A stretch of 64,000 nucleotides of DNA from an uncultured Hyphomicrobiales bacterium (GTDB taxonomy: Bacteria > Bacteroidota > Ignavibacteria > Kapaibacteriales > UBA2268): assembly GCA_964577665.1 (NCBI GenBank), contig CAZOBD010000004.1, positions 81-64,080 on the forward strand. The letters are read 5' to 3'. Shown here piece by piece: positions 52,501-60,864 of this stretch (positions are counted from its first letter, which is position 1; each line of letters begins with the position of its first letter). A program made the translations under genes and the position numbers. Under the pieces are notes generated by a model that ran no database searches, was not told where the DNA came from, and saw only the letters and a program-made list of their open reading frames with translations.

Positions 52501-53021
52501 AGCTAAGCGGCGGTAAAATTTCGATATGCGGAATTGTTACCGGCATATCAAGAAAAATTGATAAAAACAACAATTCTATCGCATTTGTAACAATCGAGGA
52601 TTTCGACGGAAAAGCCGAATGTAAGTTCTGGAGCGAGACTTATAAAAAATTTGGATGGATGCTGGAAGAAGACAAAGTTCTTCTTATTGAAGGAACGGCT
52701 GAGTATGACGGTGAAAAGCTGAGTCTTACTGCAAGCAATGTAGCAGAGCCGGTGGAAGCCGCAAAAGATAGAGTAGAAGGATATGATATTTGGATAAACC
52801 TGAACGGCGACAGCGATGCCGAGAAAATCAAGAGTTTTCAGAAGCTGTGTAACAGTCCGGACACAACAGGCACTGTTATGTTTCACCTTCGCAATAAAGA
52901 AAATAATTTCTCCAAAGATTATATAGCTTATGATATTAATATAGATTTTGAAGAGAAAACGGTAAAAGCAATTGTCGATATTTTCGGAAAGAATTTTGTA
53001 CGATTCTTAAAACATGTTTAA
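49548..53021 (+). CDS. dnaE: DNA polymerase III alpha subunit
   Basis: 1157 aa; PHP domain start FVHLHNHTHFSLLDS; polymerase core and C-terminal OB-fold region of expected length. Confidence 0.9.
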   Translation: MRDFVHLHNHTHFSLLDSITEPKQLIEAALKDEQKAIALTDHGVMFGCFQFNKIAGKLGIKPILGMEAYVANGSRFDKISGKDKNKKKRNYFHLVLLAKDMQGYKNLMKLTSLGHTEGFYYKPRIDRELLEKYHDGLIATGACMAGEINHWLIQNDMEKAREAAVFYRDLFGDDFYIELQNHNLKEDVFILNRGPKLAAELGIKTVCTNDVHYLEKEHAIAHNVYLLIKDVKGNAENIDINKLRYRTPEMYFKTREEMNKLFGDYPEALDSTVEIAEKCNLTFESKLFMPEFPIPKESSSTTLEEYLEELTFNGLRKKYKEITPEIEERARMELDIIKKMKFPGYFLIVQDFIRAAKEMGVRVGPGRGSAAGSIVAYALDITNVDPLPYNLLFERFLNPERVTMPDIDIDFNDEKRDLVINYVKRLYGENAVAMIITFNKLSTKAVLKDVGRVLGIHHSEINDITKKIPVVQGKVTPLEDALELPELQHLKDSKDKKIRDLIRYGILLENKNRNPGTHAAGVVIAPDEITKFVPLYQNSKSKTQSIPVATQYTMEEVEGSGLLKMDFLGLQTLSIIDHTLQLIEKNYDKKIDLDAIDFHDPKTYQLLSEGRTLSVFQFESKGMQEYLKQLKPHNLEEITAMNALYRPGPMENIPEFIARKHGKNKIEYLHPIMEKALKTTYGIIVYQEQVMQLARDIAGFSLGGADILRRAMGKKKVAVMEQQKPVFIEGAAKNGIDKKTAEEIFHLIEKFAKYGFNKSHSLAYSYLAFQTAWLKTHYPGEFLAANMSAEISDQDKIVMLIDEAKHFGIEVVHPDVNKSLGQFYSKDKKIFFGLTGIKNVGTPAVNSIIKARNEKTFESFFDFVSRVDTKLVNKKSLEALVCSGAFDSLHEGRRAALFASVESALDYARAVSQNEMIQMDSLFGESAEADLSEPELPEIEEWPEMIRLEHEKEYLNFYISGHPLMNFSPYVNSLSTCKISKFPPELSGGKISICGIVTGISRKIDKNNNSIAFVTIEDFDGKAECKFWSETYKKFGWMLEEDKVLLIEGTAEYDGEKLSLTASNVAEPVEAAKDRVEGYDIWINLNGDSDAEKIKSFQKLCNSPDTTGTVMFHLRNKENNFSKDYIAYDINIDFEEKTVKAIVDIFGKNFVRFLKHV

Positions 53022-53139
53022 ATTTACACTTTTGAAAAGGCAAAAACGTAATATTTTATAGAAACTTCCATTTTTCAGGAAGATTTACGATATTTATAAA
53101 GCGGCTGATATCTTGAAATAAATAGATTAATAATAAATC

Positions 53140-53490
53140 AGCCATGATTAGGGAAATCACACAAGGAGATGATTATTTTAGAGTTAATGCAAAACAGAGT
53201 TTTGAAAGAAAAGTACATTCCCAAATCGGAGTTTGGGAATGAGATGTAAAATGTCATTCAAAGTACATTCCCAAATCGGAGTTTGGGAATGAGATGTAAA
53301 ATGTCATTCAAAGTACATTCCCAAATCGGAGTTCGGGAATGAGATGTAAAATGTCATTCTGTCCCTGTGATGAACTTGTTTCAGTATTGTTTCAGAATCT
53401 CACGGATGAGAGGGACACACCCCTTAATCACCTCTTGGGGAGGGGATATTCTTAACTTGAGATGCTGAAACAAGTTCAGCATGACAGCCA
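53140..53490. repeat. Mosaic repeat cluster incl. module C (inverted), 3x50-bp perfect tandem array (53211-53360) each with module A palindrome TCCCAAATCGGAGTTTGGGA, G-rich module, module F
   Basis: Direct reading; 53181-53260 = reverse complement of 12700-12780; 53395-53490 = reverse complement of 37310-37395. Confidence 0.8.
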
Positions 53491-53526
53491 AACGATTTTC
53501 AAAGGTAAAATACAAAAAATAAACAG

Positions 53527-53745
53527 ATGAAACAAAAAAATATTATTGATGATAAAATGAGCAATACAATGAAAAATATATTATCTGCCGTTTTCGCCAT
53601 TATCGTCGCACTTATTTTTCTTTATTTATTAGGCTTTTTGCTAAAAGTGGCATTTCAAGTTTTTTTTAGTGTTCTTGGTGTTATCATAGTGGTTCTAATA
53701 GCTCTGCCGGTTTATGTAATCTTAAGAAAAAAATTATTCAGATAA
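53527..53745 (+). CDS. Hypothetical small membrane protein
   Basis: 72 aa with two hydrophobic helices. Confidence 0.3.
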   Translation: MKQKNIIDDKMSNTMKNILSAVFAIIVALIFLYLLGFLLKVAFQVFFSVLGVIIVVLIALPVYVILRKKLFR

Positions 53746-53758
53746 TCGGATTTATTAT

Positions 53759-55015
53759 ATGAAAAGGTATATTCTGCTGGTTTTAATAGCTTTATCGCCT
53801 TTGGGCATAAAAGCCGAATATAACGAAACTACCGTAGAGCTTGCCCGCACTTTCGGAAAAGACATTTTTGACCTCAATGGAGTCCCCTACCTGCAGCCAA
53901 TGGTCGAAGCCGTTAATGCCACATCTAATTCCCGTTTTTTCAATCAGGCTTATGTGCCCAAAAAAGTTGACAAACCCTATTACCGCGTCAGTCTGCACGG
54001 CATGTTAGGCTTTACCCCTGACAGTAAAAAAACTTATTCGCCTAAGCTTCCTGCCGAGCCTTATAACGTAGATGAATTATCAAAATACTTAATAATTGAT
54101 GAAACAGGTATCAATATTATCAATCAGGATACCGCTGCGCTGCTGAATTATTTTTTTAAGACTGTACTTTACAACGGACTGGAGAGCGGCGCCATACCTC
54201 CTGAGCCGGATAAAGCCGCTACCGTGATGGGATATCAGCCGAACACAAAATTTACATTTTCGAGGGATTCCCTCAATAAACTTGTCAAAGAGCATCCGCT
54301 CTACAGCTTAATCAACGCAATAAACCCTGAATACAGCCAGATTATTCTCGATGCCATATCAGATTTCCCCGAATCTTTTTCTTTAGCAGACGGTGGGAAT
54401 GTAAACTCTGTTTTCGCTTTTGTTCCCCAGTTTGAAATAGGATCTTTGTGGGGAACTGAGCTTTTAATTCGTTTTGTGCCGCCTGTTTATCTTGGAGAAA
54501 ATATAGGCGATTTTGCCTTCTGGGGTATTGGTCTGAAGCACAGTATTTCACAGTACTTTTATGAAGATGAAACCGACAGACCCTTCGATCTGGCAGTGCA
54601 GGCTGTTTATCAAGGCACTCATCTGGAAAATACAATAGGTGTTACAAATGCAGAACTGACGGCAGATGCTGCTATATTAAACTTTAATATCCACGGAAGC
54701 AAACATTTTGAAGGTATTGTTGACATATATACAGGTATATCTGCAGATTACATAAGTATCGATTCGGAATATAAATATTATATACCAATCGAGCAGCAAA
54801 AACAGCTCGGCTTGGTCGATCCCGTTACTTTAGAGCCCAATCCCCCGGAATATCCGGGCGATACCAAGCCTCAGCATGCAAATATATTATTAGATGATTT
54901 TAATGTTAAATGGATAATCGGTTTAGCAAAGCAAATCGGTCCGATTGCTGTTTATGCAGATTTTAACTTGAGCAAATTCAATATTTTCACAGGGGGAATA
55001 GAATACAGATTTTAA
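53759..55015 (+). CDS. Hypothetical secreted protein, possible outer-membrane beta-barrel
   Basis: Signal peptide MKRYILLVLIALSPLGIKA; C-terminal …GGIEYRF (terminal Phe). Confidence 0.4.
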   Translation: MKRYILLVLIALSPLGIKAEYNETTVELARTFGKDIFDLNGVPYLQPMVEAVNATSNSRFFNQAYVPKKVDKPYYRVSLHGMLGFTPDSKKTYSPKLPAEPYNVDELSKYLIIDETGINIINQDTAALLNYFFKTVLYNGLESGAIPPEPDKAATVMGYQPNTKFTFSRDSLNKLVKEHPLYSLINAINPEYSQIILDAISDFPESFSLADGGNVNSVFAFVPQFEIGSLWGTELLIRFVPPVYLGENIGDFAFWGIGLKHSISQYFYEDETDRPFDLAVQAVYQGTHLENTIGVTNAELTADAAILNFNIHGSKHFEGIVDIYTGISADYISIDSEYKYYIPIEQQKQLGLVDPVTLEPNPPEYPGDTKPQHANILLDDFNVKWIIGLAKQIGPIAVYADFNLSKFNIFTGGIEYRF

Positions 55016-55024
55016 GGTTTTATT

Positions 55025-55315
55025 ATGTCAGTTACAGATTATCAAATAAATGCTGCCGTAGAACTTGCAAAAAAATACGGCATAAACAAATTGCTGCTTT
55101 TTGGCAGCGCATTAACTGATCCTGAAAATGCTAAAGATCTTGACCTCGGCATCGAAGGTTTGGAAGGAATGAAATTTTTTGAATTTGGTGGTATTTTGGA
55201 AAATTTAATAAAAATTCCTGTTGATATCGTCGATTTGACCTTTGAAGACAGATTCATCAGATATATAAAAAAAACAGGTAAATTCATATATGACTCATCG
55301 GGAAAAACTAATTGA
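55025..55315 (+). CDS. Minimal nucleotidyltransferase (MNT/HI0073-like antitoxin)
   Basis: 96 aa; NTase fold motif LLFGSALTDPENAKDLDLGIE (GS…D.D). Confidence 0.65.
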   Translation: MSVTDYQINAAVELAKKYGINKLLLFGSALTDPENAKDLDLGIEGLEGMKFFEFGGILENLIKIPVDIVDLTFEDRFIRYIKKTGKFIYDSSGKTN

Positions 55316-55751
55316 AGAAATTGAAACAGAACTTGAATATTTAAGCCAAACTGTTCAGGCAGTTAACGATTTACTGATTTCGATAGAGAGTAGAAAACCG
55401 TCAAACATAGAAATAGCAGCCTCAGCACAGTTTCTATCTCAGTTTTATAATGGATTGGAAAACATTTTTATTAGAATTATCAAATTTAAAAATATTCCTT
55501 TACCTAAATCTGATATTTGGCATTCAGAGCTTCTAAATTTATTTTATATCGACAGTGATGTAGTTAAAATACCTATTATAAAGACAGAAGAGTTTACAAT
55601 TCTAATTTCCTATAAAAAAATAAGACATGTTATTCGGCAGGGCTATCATTATCATTTACATTGGGATAGAATTAGAATAGCCTTGATGAACATGCCTGAA
55701 TTTTATGAAAATATGAAAAAAAAATTTTTGAATTATATAAAATCAATTTAA
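55290..55751 (+). CDS. HEPN-domain partner protein (HI0074/nucleotidyltransferase substrate-binding-like)
   Basis: 153 aa; overlaps MNT gene by 26 bp; candidate Rx4-6H motif in IRQGYHYH; size and arrangement typical of MNT-HEPN pairs. Confidence 0.5.
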   Translation: MTHREKLIEEIETELEYLSQTVQAVNDLLISIESRKPSNIEIAASAQFLSQFYNGLENIFIRIIKFKNIPLPKSDIWHSELLNLFYIDSDVVKIPIIKTEEFTILISYKKIRHVIRQGYHYHLHWDRIRIALMNMPEFYENMKKKFLNYIKSI

Positions 55752-55755
55752 AATT

Positions 55756-56640
55756 ATGGCAACAATTATCGATGGAAAAGTAATTTCAAAAGAAATTAAA
55801 GAAGAAATCAAAGAAAAGACAAAACTTTTGCTGGAAGAAAAGGGTATCCGCCCCGGTCTGGCAGTTCTGCTTGTCGGGGAAAATCCGGCATCTCAGGTGT
55901 ATGTACGTTCAAAAGAAAAGACAGCTTCCGAGCTCGGCTTTTATTCTCTGGTTGAAAGAGTGCCGGATACAATTTCAGAAAAAGAAGTCCTGGACTATGT
56001 GCAGAAATGGAACAAGGATGAAAAAATTCACGGCATTTTGGTACAGCTCCCGCTGCCGAAGCATATCAACGAAAGCAAGGTAGTTAACTCCATCAAGCCA
56101 TCTAAAGACGTTGACGGTTTTCATCCCGAAAATATCGGCAGGCTGGTAATAGGTCTTCCCGGTTTTATTCCCTGCACCCCCCGCGGCATTATGGAAATGC
56201 TGAAACGCACTGAAATCGAAACTTCCGGCAAGCATGTGGTGGTTGCAGGCAGAAGCAACATTGTCGGCAAGCCGATTGCAAATCTGCTCTATCAAAAAAA
56301 TGAAAATGCAAACTCTATTGTAACAATAGTTCATACCGGCGCAAGAGACATACGCCCCTATACTTTGCAGGCAGATATATTAATTGCGGCTATGGGTGTA
56401 CCCGAAAGAATAAAGGCTGAAGATGTAAGAAAAGGCACAGTCGTAATAGACGTCGGCATAAACCGCGTGGAAGACCCGACCCGCGAAAAAGGCTACCGGC
56501 TCACCGGCGACGTTGCATACAAAGAAGTATGCAAAAAGGCATCTGCAATTACACCCGTGCCGGGAGGAGTAGGCGTAATGACCGTGGCTATGCTCATGCA
56601 GAACACTTATGACGCCGCGGCAGGTCTTTTGGAGTATTGA
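55756..56640 (+). CDS. folD: Bifunctional methylenetetrahydrofolate dehydrogenase/cyclohydrolase
   Basis: 294 aa; MATIIDGKVISKEIKEEIKE…PGLAVLLVGENPASQVYVRSK… and GRSNIVGKP NADP-binding region. Confidence 0.9.
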   Translation: MATIIDGKVISKEIKEEIKEKTKLLLEEKGIRPGLAVLLVGENPASQVYVRSKEKTASELGFYSLVERVPDTISEKEVLDYVQKWNKDEKIHGILVQLPLPKHINESKVVNSIKPSKDVDGFHPENIGRLVIGLPGFIPCTPRGIMEMLKRTEIETSGKHVVVAGRSNIVGKPIANLLYQKNENANSIVTIVHTGARDIRPYTLQADILIAAMGVPERIKAEDVRKGTVVIDVGINRVEDPTREKGYRLTGDVAYKEVCKKASAITPVPGGVGVMTVAMLMQNTYDAAAGLLEY

Positions 56641-56666
56641 TTTTGTACAATTACAGATTGATTGCA

Positions 56667-56708
56667 GATGTCCGGCATCACTTAGATGTCGGGCATCTTT
56701 TTTTTTCA
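56667..56708 (+). terminator. Rho-independent terminator after folD: GATGTCCGGCATC-ACTTA-GATGTCGGGCATC + T9
   Basis: Near-perfect 13-bp stem followed by TTTTTTTTT. Confidence 0.7.
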
Positions 56709-56806
56709 ATTTGCTTTTAAAATCCAATTATGATTATTTCGTTAAAACAAATGGAGTAAGAAAATAATAGAACAGAGATTTAATATATTGTAAAGGAGGT
56801 GATACC

Positions 56807-57523
56807 ATGAACAATGAACTAAATCAGAATTTTTATGTAAATCAAACAGTAACGGCAGATATTGAAGAGGCGCAGAAAGCTTTTCTTTCAAAGGTTTATG
56901 CCTGGATGACCGGCGGACTGCTCATTACCGGCTTAACCGCGTGGTACACTGCTTCCAGCGGTTTAGTAAATTCAATTCTGCAAAGCGGCTTGTTTTTCCC
57001 GCTACTGCTTGTCCAGCTTGCATTTGTTTTCGGATTATCCGGTTTTATTCACAAAATAAGCAGTTCCCTTGCAGGAATATTGTTTCTGGTATATTCACTC
57101 CTGACAGGTTTGACATTTTCTACAATATTTCTGGCATATACCGCACAGTCCATCCAAACAGTATTTTTTATCTCAGCGGGAATGTTTGCGGCTCTAAGTT
57201 TTTACGGTTACGTAACAAAGAAGAACCTTTCGGCTGTGGGCAGTTTTATGTTCATGGGGCTTATAGGAATAATAATAGCTATGATTGTTAACATCTTTAT
57301 TCAAAGCTCCATGCTGTATTTTGTAATAAGTGTAATCGGCGTTATTGTGTTTGCCGGACTTACGGCTTATGATACTCAGAAGCTGAAGGAAGTTGCAGTA
57401 ATGCAGCTTGGCGAAGGGGAAGAAATAGCTGCAAAAGGTGCAATAATAGGCGCTTTGAAATTATATTTGGATTTTATCAATTTATTCCTTTTCTTGCTGA
57501 GAATTTTTGGCGGCAGAAGATAA
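56807..57523 (+). CDS. Bax inhibitor-1/YccA family membrane protein
   Basis: 238 aa, 7 TM; N-terminal …FLSKVYAWMTGGLLITG… typical of BI-1/YccA. Confidence 0.7.
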   Translation: MNNELNQNFYVNQTVTADIEEAQKAFLSKVYAWMTGGLLITGLTAWYTASSGLVNSILQSGLFFPLLLVQLAFVFGLSGFIHKISSSLAGILFLVYSLLTGLTFSTIFLAYTAQSIQTVFFISAGMFAALSFYGYVTKKNLSAVGSFMFMGLIGIIIAMIVNIFIQSSMLYFVISVIGVIVFAGLTAYDTQKLKEVAVMQLGEGEEIAAKGAIIGALKLYLDFINLFLFLLRIFGGRR

Positions 57524-57542
57524 TTTTTGCGGAGCGTTTATT

Positions 57543-58769
57543 ATGGAAGATGTTAATATATTATTTGCGGTAGAAGCGGAACACTTGATTTTGAACGGCT
57601 TCTTTGATGAAGCCGTTTCCCTTTTAAAGAAAGGTATTGAGAAATATCCCGATTACCCTGCTGCTTATGCTATTTTGGCAAAAGCCTACGATAAATCCGG
57701 TGATTCAGGGTCAGCAGAAGAAACCATAAATGAAGGCATAGGGAAATTCCCTGATAACACTTCTATCGTAAAAACAAAAGAAAGACTGGAATCATCTAAA
57801 CAAAATGAATTTGAAGAAGAACATACACCGGAAGATTCAACCGAATGGCAAGAAATTCCCGAAAATGAAGATTCCGGAAAACACTCTGAATCCGATGAAG
57901 AAGAAATTTCCGGCAATGAAGAATTATCAGAGCCTGACAGCTATCCCGAATCAGATGAAATTGAACATCCTTCTGCCGACAGCAGCGAAACTCCGGAAAT
58001 TTTAGTAGAAGAAACAGCCTCTGATGCGGAAACAATAGAAACAGAATTTGAAAAAATCGATGACGAAGATTCCGGAGCTGATGATGAAGACACACAAAGT
58101 ATTGATGAGCCTGAGCAAGAGGAATTAATTTCAGATGAACAAATTGAATTCGATGATTCGATTTTAAATGATATTATGGAAGAAGAATCTGAGGAAGCAG
58201 GTGAAATTTTACCGGAAGAGAATACGGATTTTGATGAACCATCACTTGTTGAGCAGATAAATGAAGAAACAGATACCGATAGTATATTTCTTCCGGCAGG
58301 TTTCTTGCTTGAATATCAGGAATTTGACAAAAAGCCGGACACTGACCGTCCTTACAATTCCCGAAATATTGATACTATTCCCGGATTTGAATTCTTAGCC
58401 GGAGAGATAGAATCATTCCAAACGGCAGCGCCTGCCAATTCTTTTGCAAACGCTGATATAACTGAAAAAGACTATGATAATATGGACGAAAAAGCAAAAG
58501 AATTAACAACCCTTTCTAAAGAAATAAATGAAAGCAGGAAAAAGATTGAAGAAAGTAATACGGAAGAATATGACAGCATACAAGAAGAAAACAATGTAAA
58601 GAAAGAAAAGCCGCCTGAAATAGCTACCGAAACTATGGCTAAGATACTGGTGGAGCAGGGAGCTTTTGAAAAAGCAGTCGAAATTTACCAAAAGCTGATT
58701 GACAAAACGCCGGAAAAAGCTGAAGAATACGACAGCAGAATTCAAGAACTTCTTTATAAGAGAGAATAA
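57543..58769 (+). CDS. Hypothetical TPR-like protein with ~200-aa highly acidic low-complexity middle region
   Basis: TPR-like helices at both ends (…YPAAYAILAKAYDKSGD…, …GAFEKAVEIYQKLIDKTPEKAEEYDSRIQELL); D/E-rich core. Confidence 0.45.
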   Translation: MEDVNILFAVEAEHLILNGFFDEAVSLLKKGIEKYPDYPAAYAILAKAYDKSGDSGSAEETINEGIGKFPDNTSIVKTKERLESSKQNEFEEEHTPEDSTEWQEIPENEDSGKHSESDEEEISGNEELSEPDSYPESDEIEHPSADSSETPEILVEETASDAETIETEFEKIDDEDSGADDEDTQSIDEPEQEELISDEQIEFDDSILNDIMEEESEEAGEILPEENTDFDEPSLVEQINEETDTDSIFLPAGFLLEYQEFDKKPDTDRPYNSRNIDTIPGFEFLAGEIESFQTAAPANSFANADITEKDYDNMDEKAKELTTLSKEINESRKKIEESNTEEYDSIQEENNVKKEKPPEIATETMAKILVEQGAFEKAVEIYQKLIDKTPEKAEEYDSRIQELLYKRE

Positions 58770-58927
58770 TCGCATACGGCAAAAATTGATAAACCGTTTA
58801 TTTTTAATGAATATAATTAAATAAAATTAATTGTTAGTTAAAAATAATTGTATAAATTATATTTTTCGTATTTACGAATATTTAAATTATTTTAACATAA
58901 CAGTTTTATTTCAGGGCTTTATTAACA

Positions 58928-59311
58928 ATGAATTTTAGCTTTTTAAAAAAGAAAAAAAGAAACCATATAAATTATCTTGAGCTTACTCCCTTTAGAAAAC
59001 TTGAACACATCGAAAGAGATGACGGCTTGGTGGATGTGCTGGTGCCTAAGTTTAAAAATGAATTTTTCATAGGTCTGATACCACCAGGCAAGAGCAGGCA
59101 TATACGCGCTAATCTGGATGAAATCGGCACATCTGTTTGGCTTTTAATTAACGGAGAGAATAAAGTCCTTAATATTTCTAAAACATTACAGGAAAAGTTC
59201 GGCGACCGCGTCGAGCCGGTAAACGACAGAGTGACTAATTTTTTAACGCAATTATATCAAAATGGTTTTATTTCATTCAACGAATTTACGAAAGGATCAA
59301 AAAATGGGTAA
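58928..59311 (+). CDS. PqqD-like / RiPP-recognition-element (RRE) family small protein
   Basis: 127 aa; pattern …ANLDEIGTSVWLLINGENKVLNISKTLQEKFGD…VNDRVTNFLTQLYQNGFI… matches the PqqD fold signature (NETA.ILELIDG…DV..FL..L…G.I). Confidence 0.45.
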   Translation: MNFSFLKKKKRNHINYLELTPFRKLEHIERDDGLVDVLVPKFKNEFFIGLIPPGKSRHIRANLDEIGTSVWLLINGENKVLNISKTLQEKFGDRVEPVNDRVTNFLTQLYQNGFISFNEFTKGSKNG

Positions 59312-60764
59312 AGTACTCGGCGGACTGGAACCGCAAAAAGTATGGGATTATTTCGAAGAAATCTGCCAGATACCAAGGCCTTCCAAAAAGGAAGATAAAA
59401 TTGCAGCCTATATGTTAGACTGGGCGCGCAAGCACAATTTTGAAACACAAAAAGATAAACTCGGAAATATAGTTATACGGAAAAAAGCCACTGTCGGCAT
59501 GGAAAACCGTAAATCTGTCTGCATACAAGGGCACATTGATATGGTCTGCGAAAAAAATGCAGATGTTGAATTTGATTTCGATAATGATCCGATACAACCT
59601 TATATTGACGGCGACTGGGTAAAAGCTAAAGGCACAACCCTCGGCGCCGATAACGGCATCGGTGTAGCTATGGGTATGGCTATTCTTGATTCGGATAACA
59701 TCCCCCACCCTGCCATGGAACTGCTTTGCACTCTTGACGAAGAAACAGGACTTACAGGCGCCATGCAGCTCGGTTCAAATCTGCTGGATTCTGATATCTT
59801 GATAAATCTGGATTCGGAAGAAGACGGACATTTCACTATCGGCTGCGCAGGCGGACTTAACACTTCAGGTTCATTCAAATATGATTCTGATTTCGTACCG
59901 GAAAACACTGCCTCTTATCAATTATCTGTGAAAGGACTTAAAGGCGGACATTCCGGCATTGAGATACACGACGGCAGAGGAAACGCCATTAAGATGATGA
60001 ACCGTCTCTTAAAAAATCTGACACATGAGTTTAACATCAGTCTTTCTTCTATTAACAGCGGCAGCAAGCACAATGCTATCCCCCGTGAAGCTTTTGCAAC
60101 TGTTGTTGTCCCGACTGTTACTGAAAAGGATTTTAATGAATTTATCAAAAGCTTTGATAAAACTTTAAAAAACGAATGGAAAACGAAAGAACCCAACATT
60201 AACGTTTCGGCAGAAAAAACAGACATGCCCAAGCGTGTAATGACCGAAGATTTTCAGACAAGGCTGCTCAATTCCTTTTATGCAATGCCTCACGGCGTTA
60301 TCCGCATGAGCCCTGACATCGCAGGTCTCGTACAGACTTCGACTAACTTTGCCATTGTCGAAACCCGCGAAGACGAAGTTTATGTTCTCACAAGTCAGAG
60401 AAGCTCCATCGAATCCGAAAAAGCCGACATCGCCAGTATGGTAAAAGCATCTTTGGAACTCGGAGGCGCTCAGGTAAAACTTGGCGACGGCTATCCTGCG
60501 TGGACTCCGGATGTAGAATCACCAATTCTGAAAACAGCCGTTAAAGTTTACAAAGACCTGTTCGGCAAAGAACCTGTCATCGAAGCAATTCACGCCGGTT
60601 TGGAATGCGGTTTGATAGGCGAGAAATATCCTCACATGGATATGCTGTCCTTTGGACCAAATCTGGAAGAAGTACATTCACCCGACGAAAGAGTGCAGAT
60701 TTCCACAGTCGATAAAGCTTGGAAACTCCTGCTTGCCGTATTAAAAAGCGTGCCGGAGAAATGA
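59304..60764 (+). CDS. pepD: Aminoacyl-histidine (Xaa-His) dipeptidase, M20 family
   Basis: Near-colinear with E. coli PepD (…GTTLGADNGIG…, …LKGLKGGHSG…, …AIPREAFATV…, …IHAGLECGL…); ATG at 59304 preferred. Confidence 0.85.
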   Translation: MGKVLGGLEPQKVWDYFEEICQIPRPSKKEDKIAAYMLDWARKHNFETQKDKLGNIVIRKKATVGMENRKSVCIQGHIDMVCEKNADVEFDFDNDPIQPYIDGDWVKAKGTTLGADNGIGVAMGMAILDSDNIPHPAMELLCTLDEETGLTGAMQLGSNLLDSDILINLDSEEDGHFTIGCAGGLNTSGSFKYDSDFVPENTASYQLSVKGLKGGHSGIEIHDGRGNAIKMMNRLLKNLTHEFNISLSSINSGSKHNAIPREAFATVVVPTVTEKDFNEFIKSFDKTLKNEWKTKEPNINVSAEKTDMPKRVMTEDFQTRLLNSFYAMPHGVIRMSPDIAGLVQTSTNFAIVETREDEVYVLTSQRSSIESEKADIASMVKASLELGGAQVKLGDGYPAWTPDVESPILKTAVKVYKDLFGKEPVIEAIHAGLECGLIGEKYPHMDMLSFGPNLEEVHSPDERVQISTVDKAWKLLLAVLKSVPEK

Positions 60765-60816
60765 TATTATGATGAATTTCTCTTCCGAATTTGATTTGGA
60801 GGATATTAGTTTATGT

Positions 60817-60855
60817 GATGTCCAACATCTTTCTGGTGTTGGACATCTTTTTTTC
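60817..60855. terminator. Bidirectional rho-independent terminator between convergent pepD and mutS2: GATGTCCAACATC-TTTCTG-GTGTTGGACATC + T8
   Basis: 12-bp stem, T-run on + strand; same palindrome family as 56667 and 49363. Confidence 0.65.
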
Positions 60856-60864
60856 TATTAAAAA

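Noticed and set aside
53211-53360. Possible CRISPR array
   Set aside because: Repeats are directly abutting with no unique spacers and no cas genes nearby, so this is a minisatellite-type tandem repeat, not a CRISPR.
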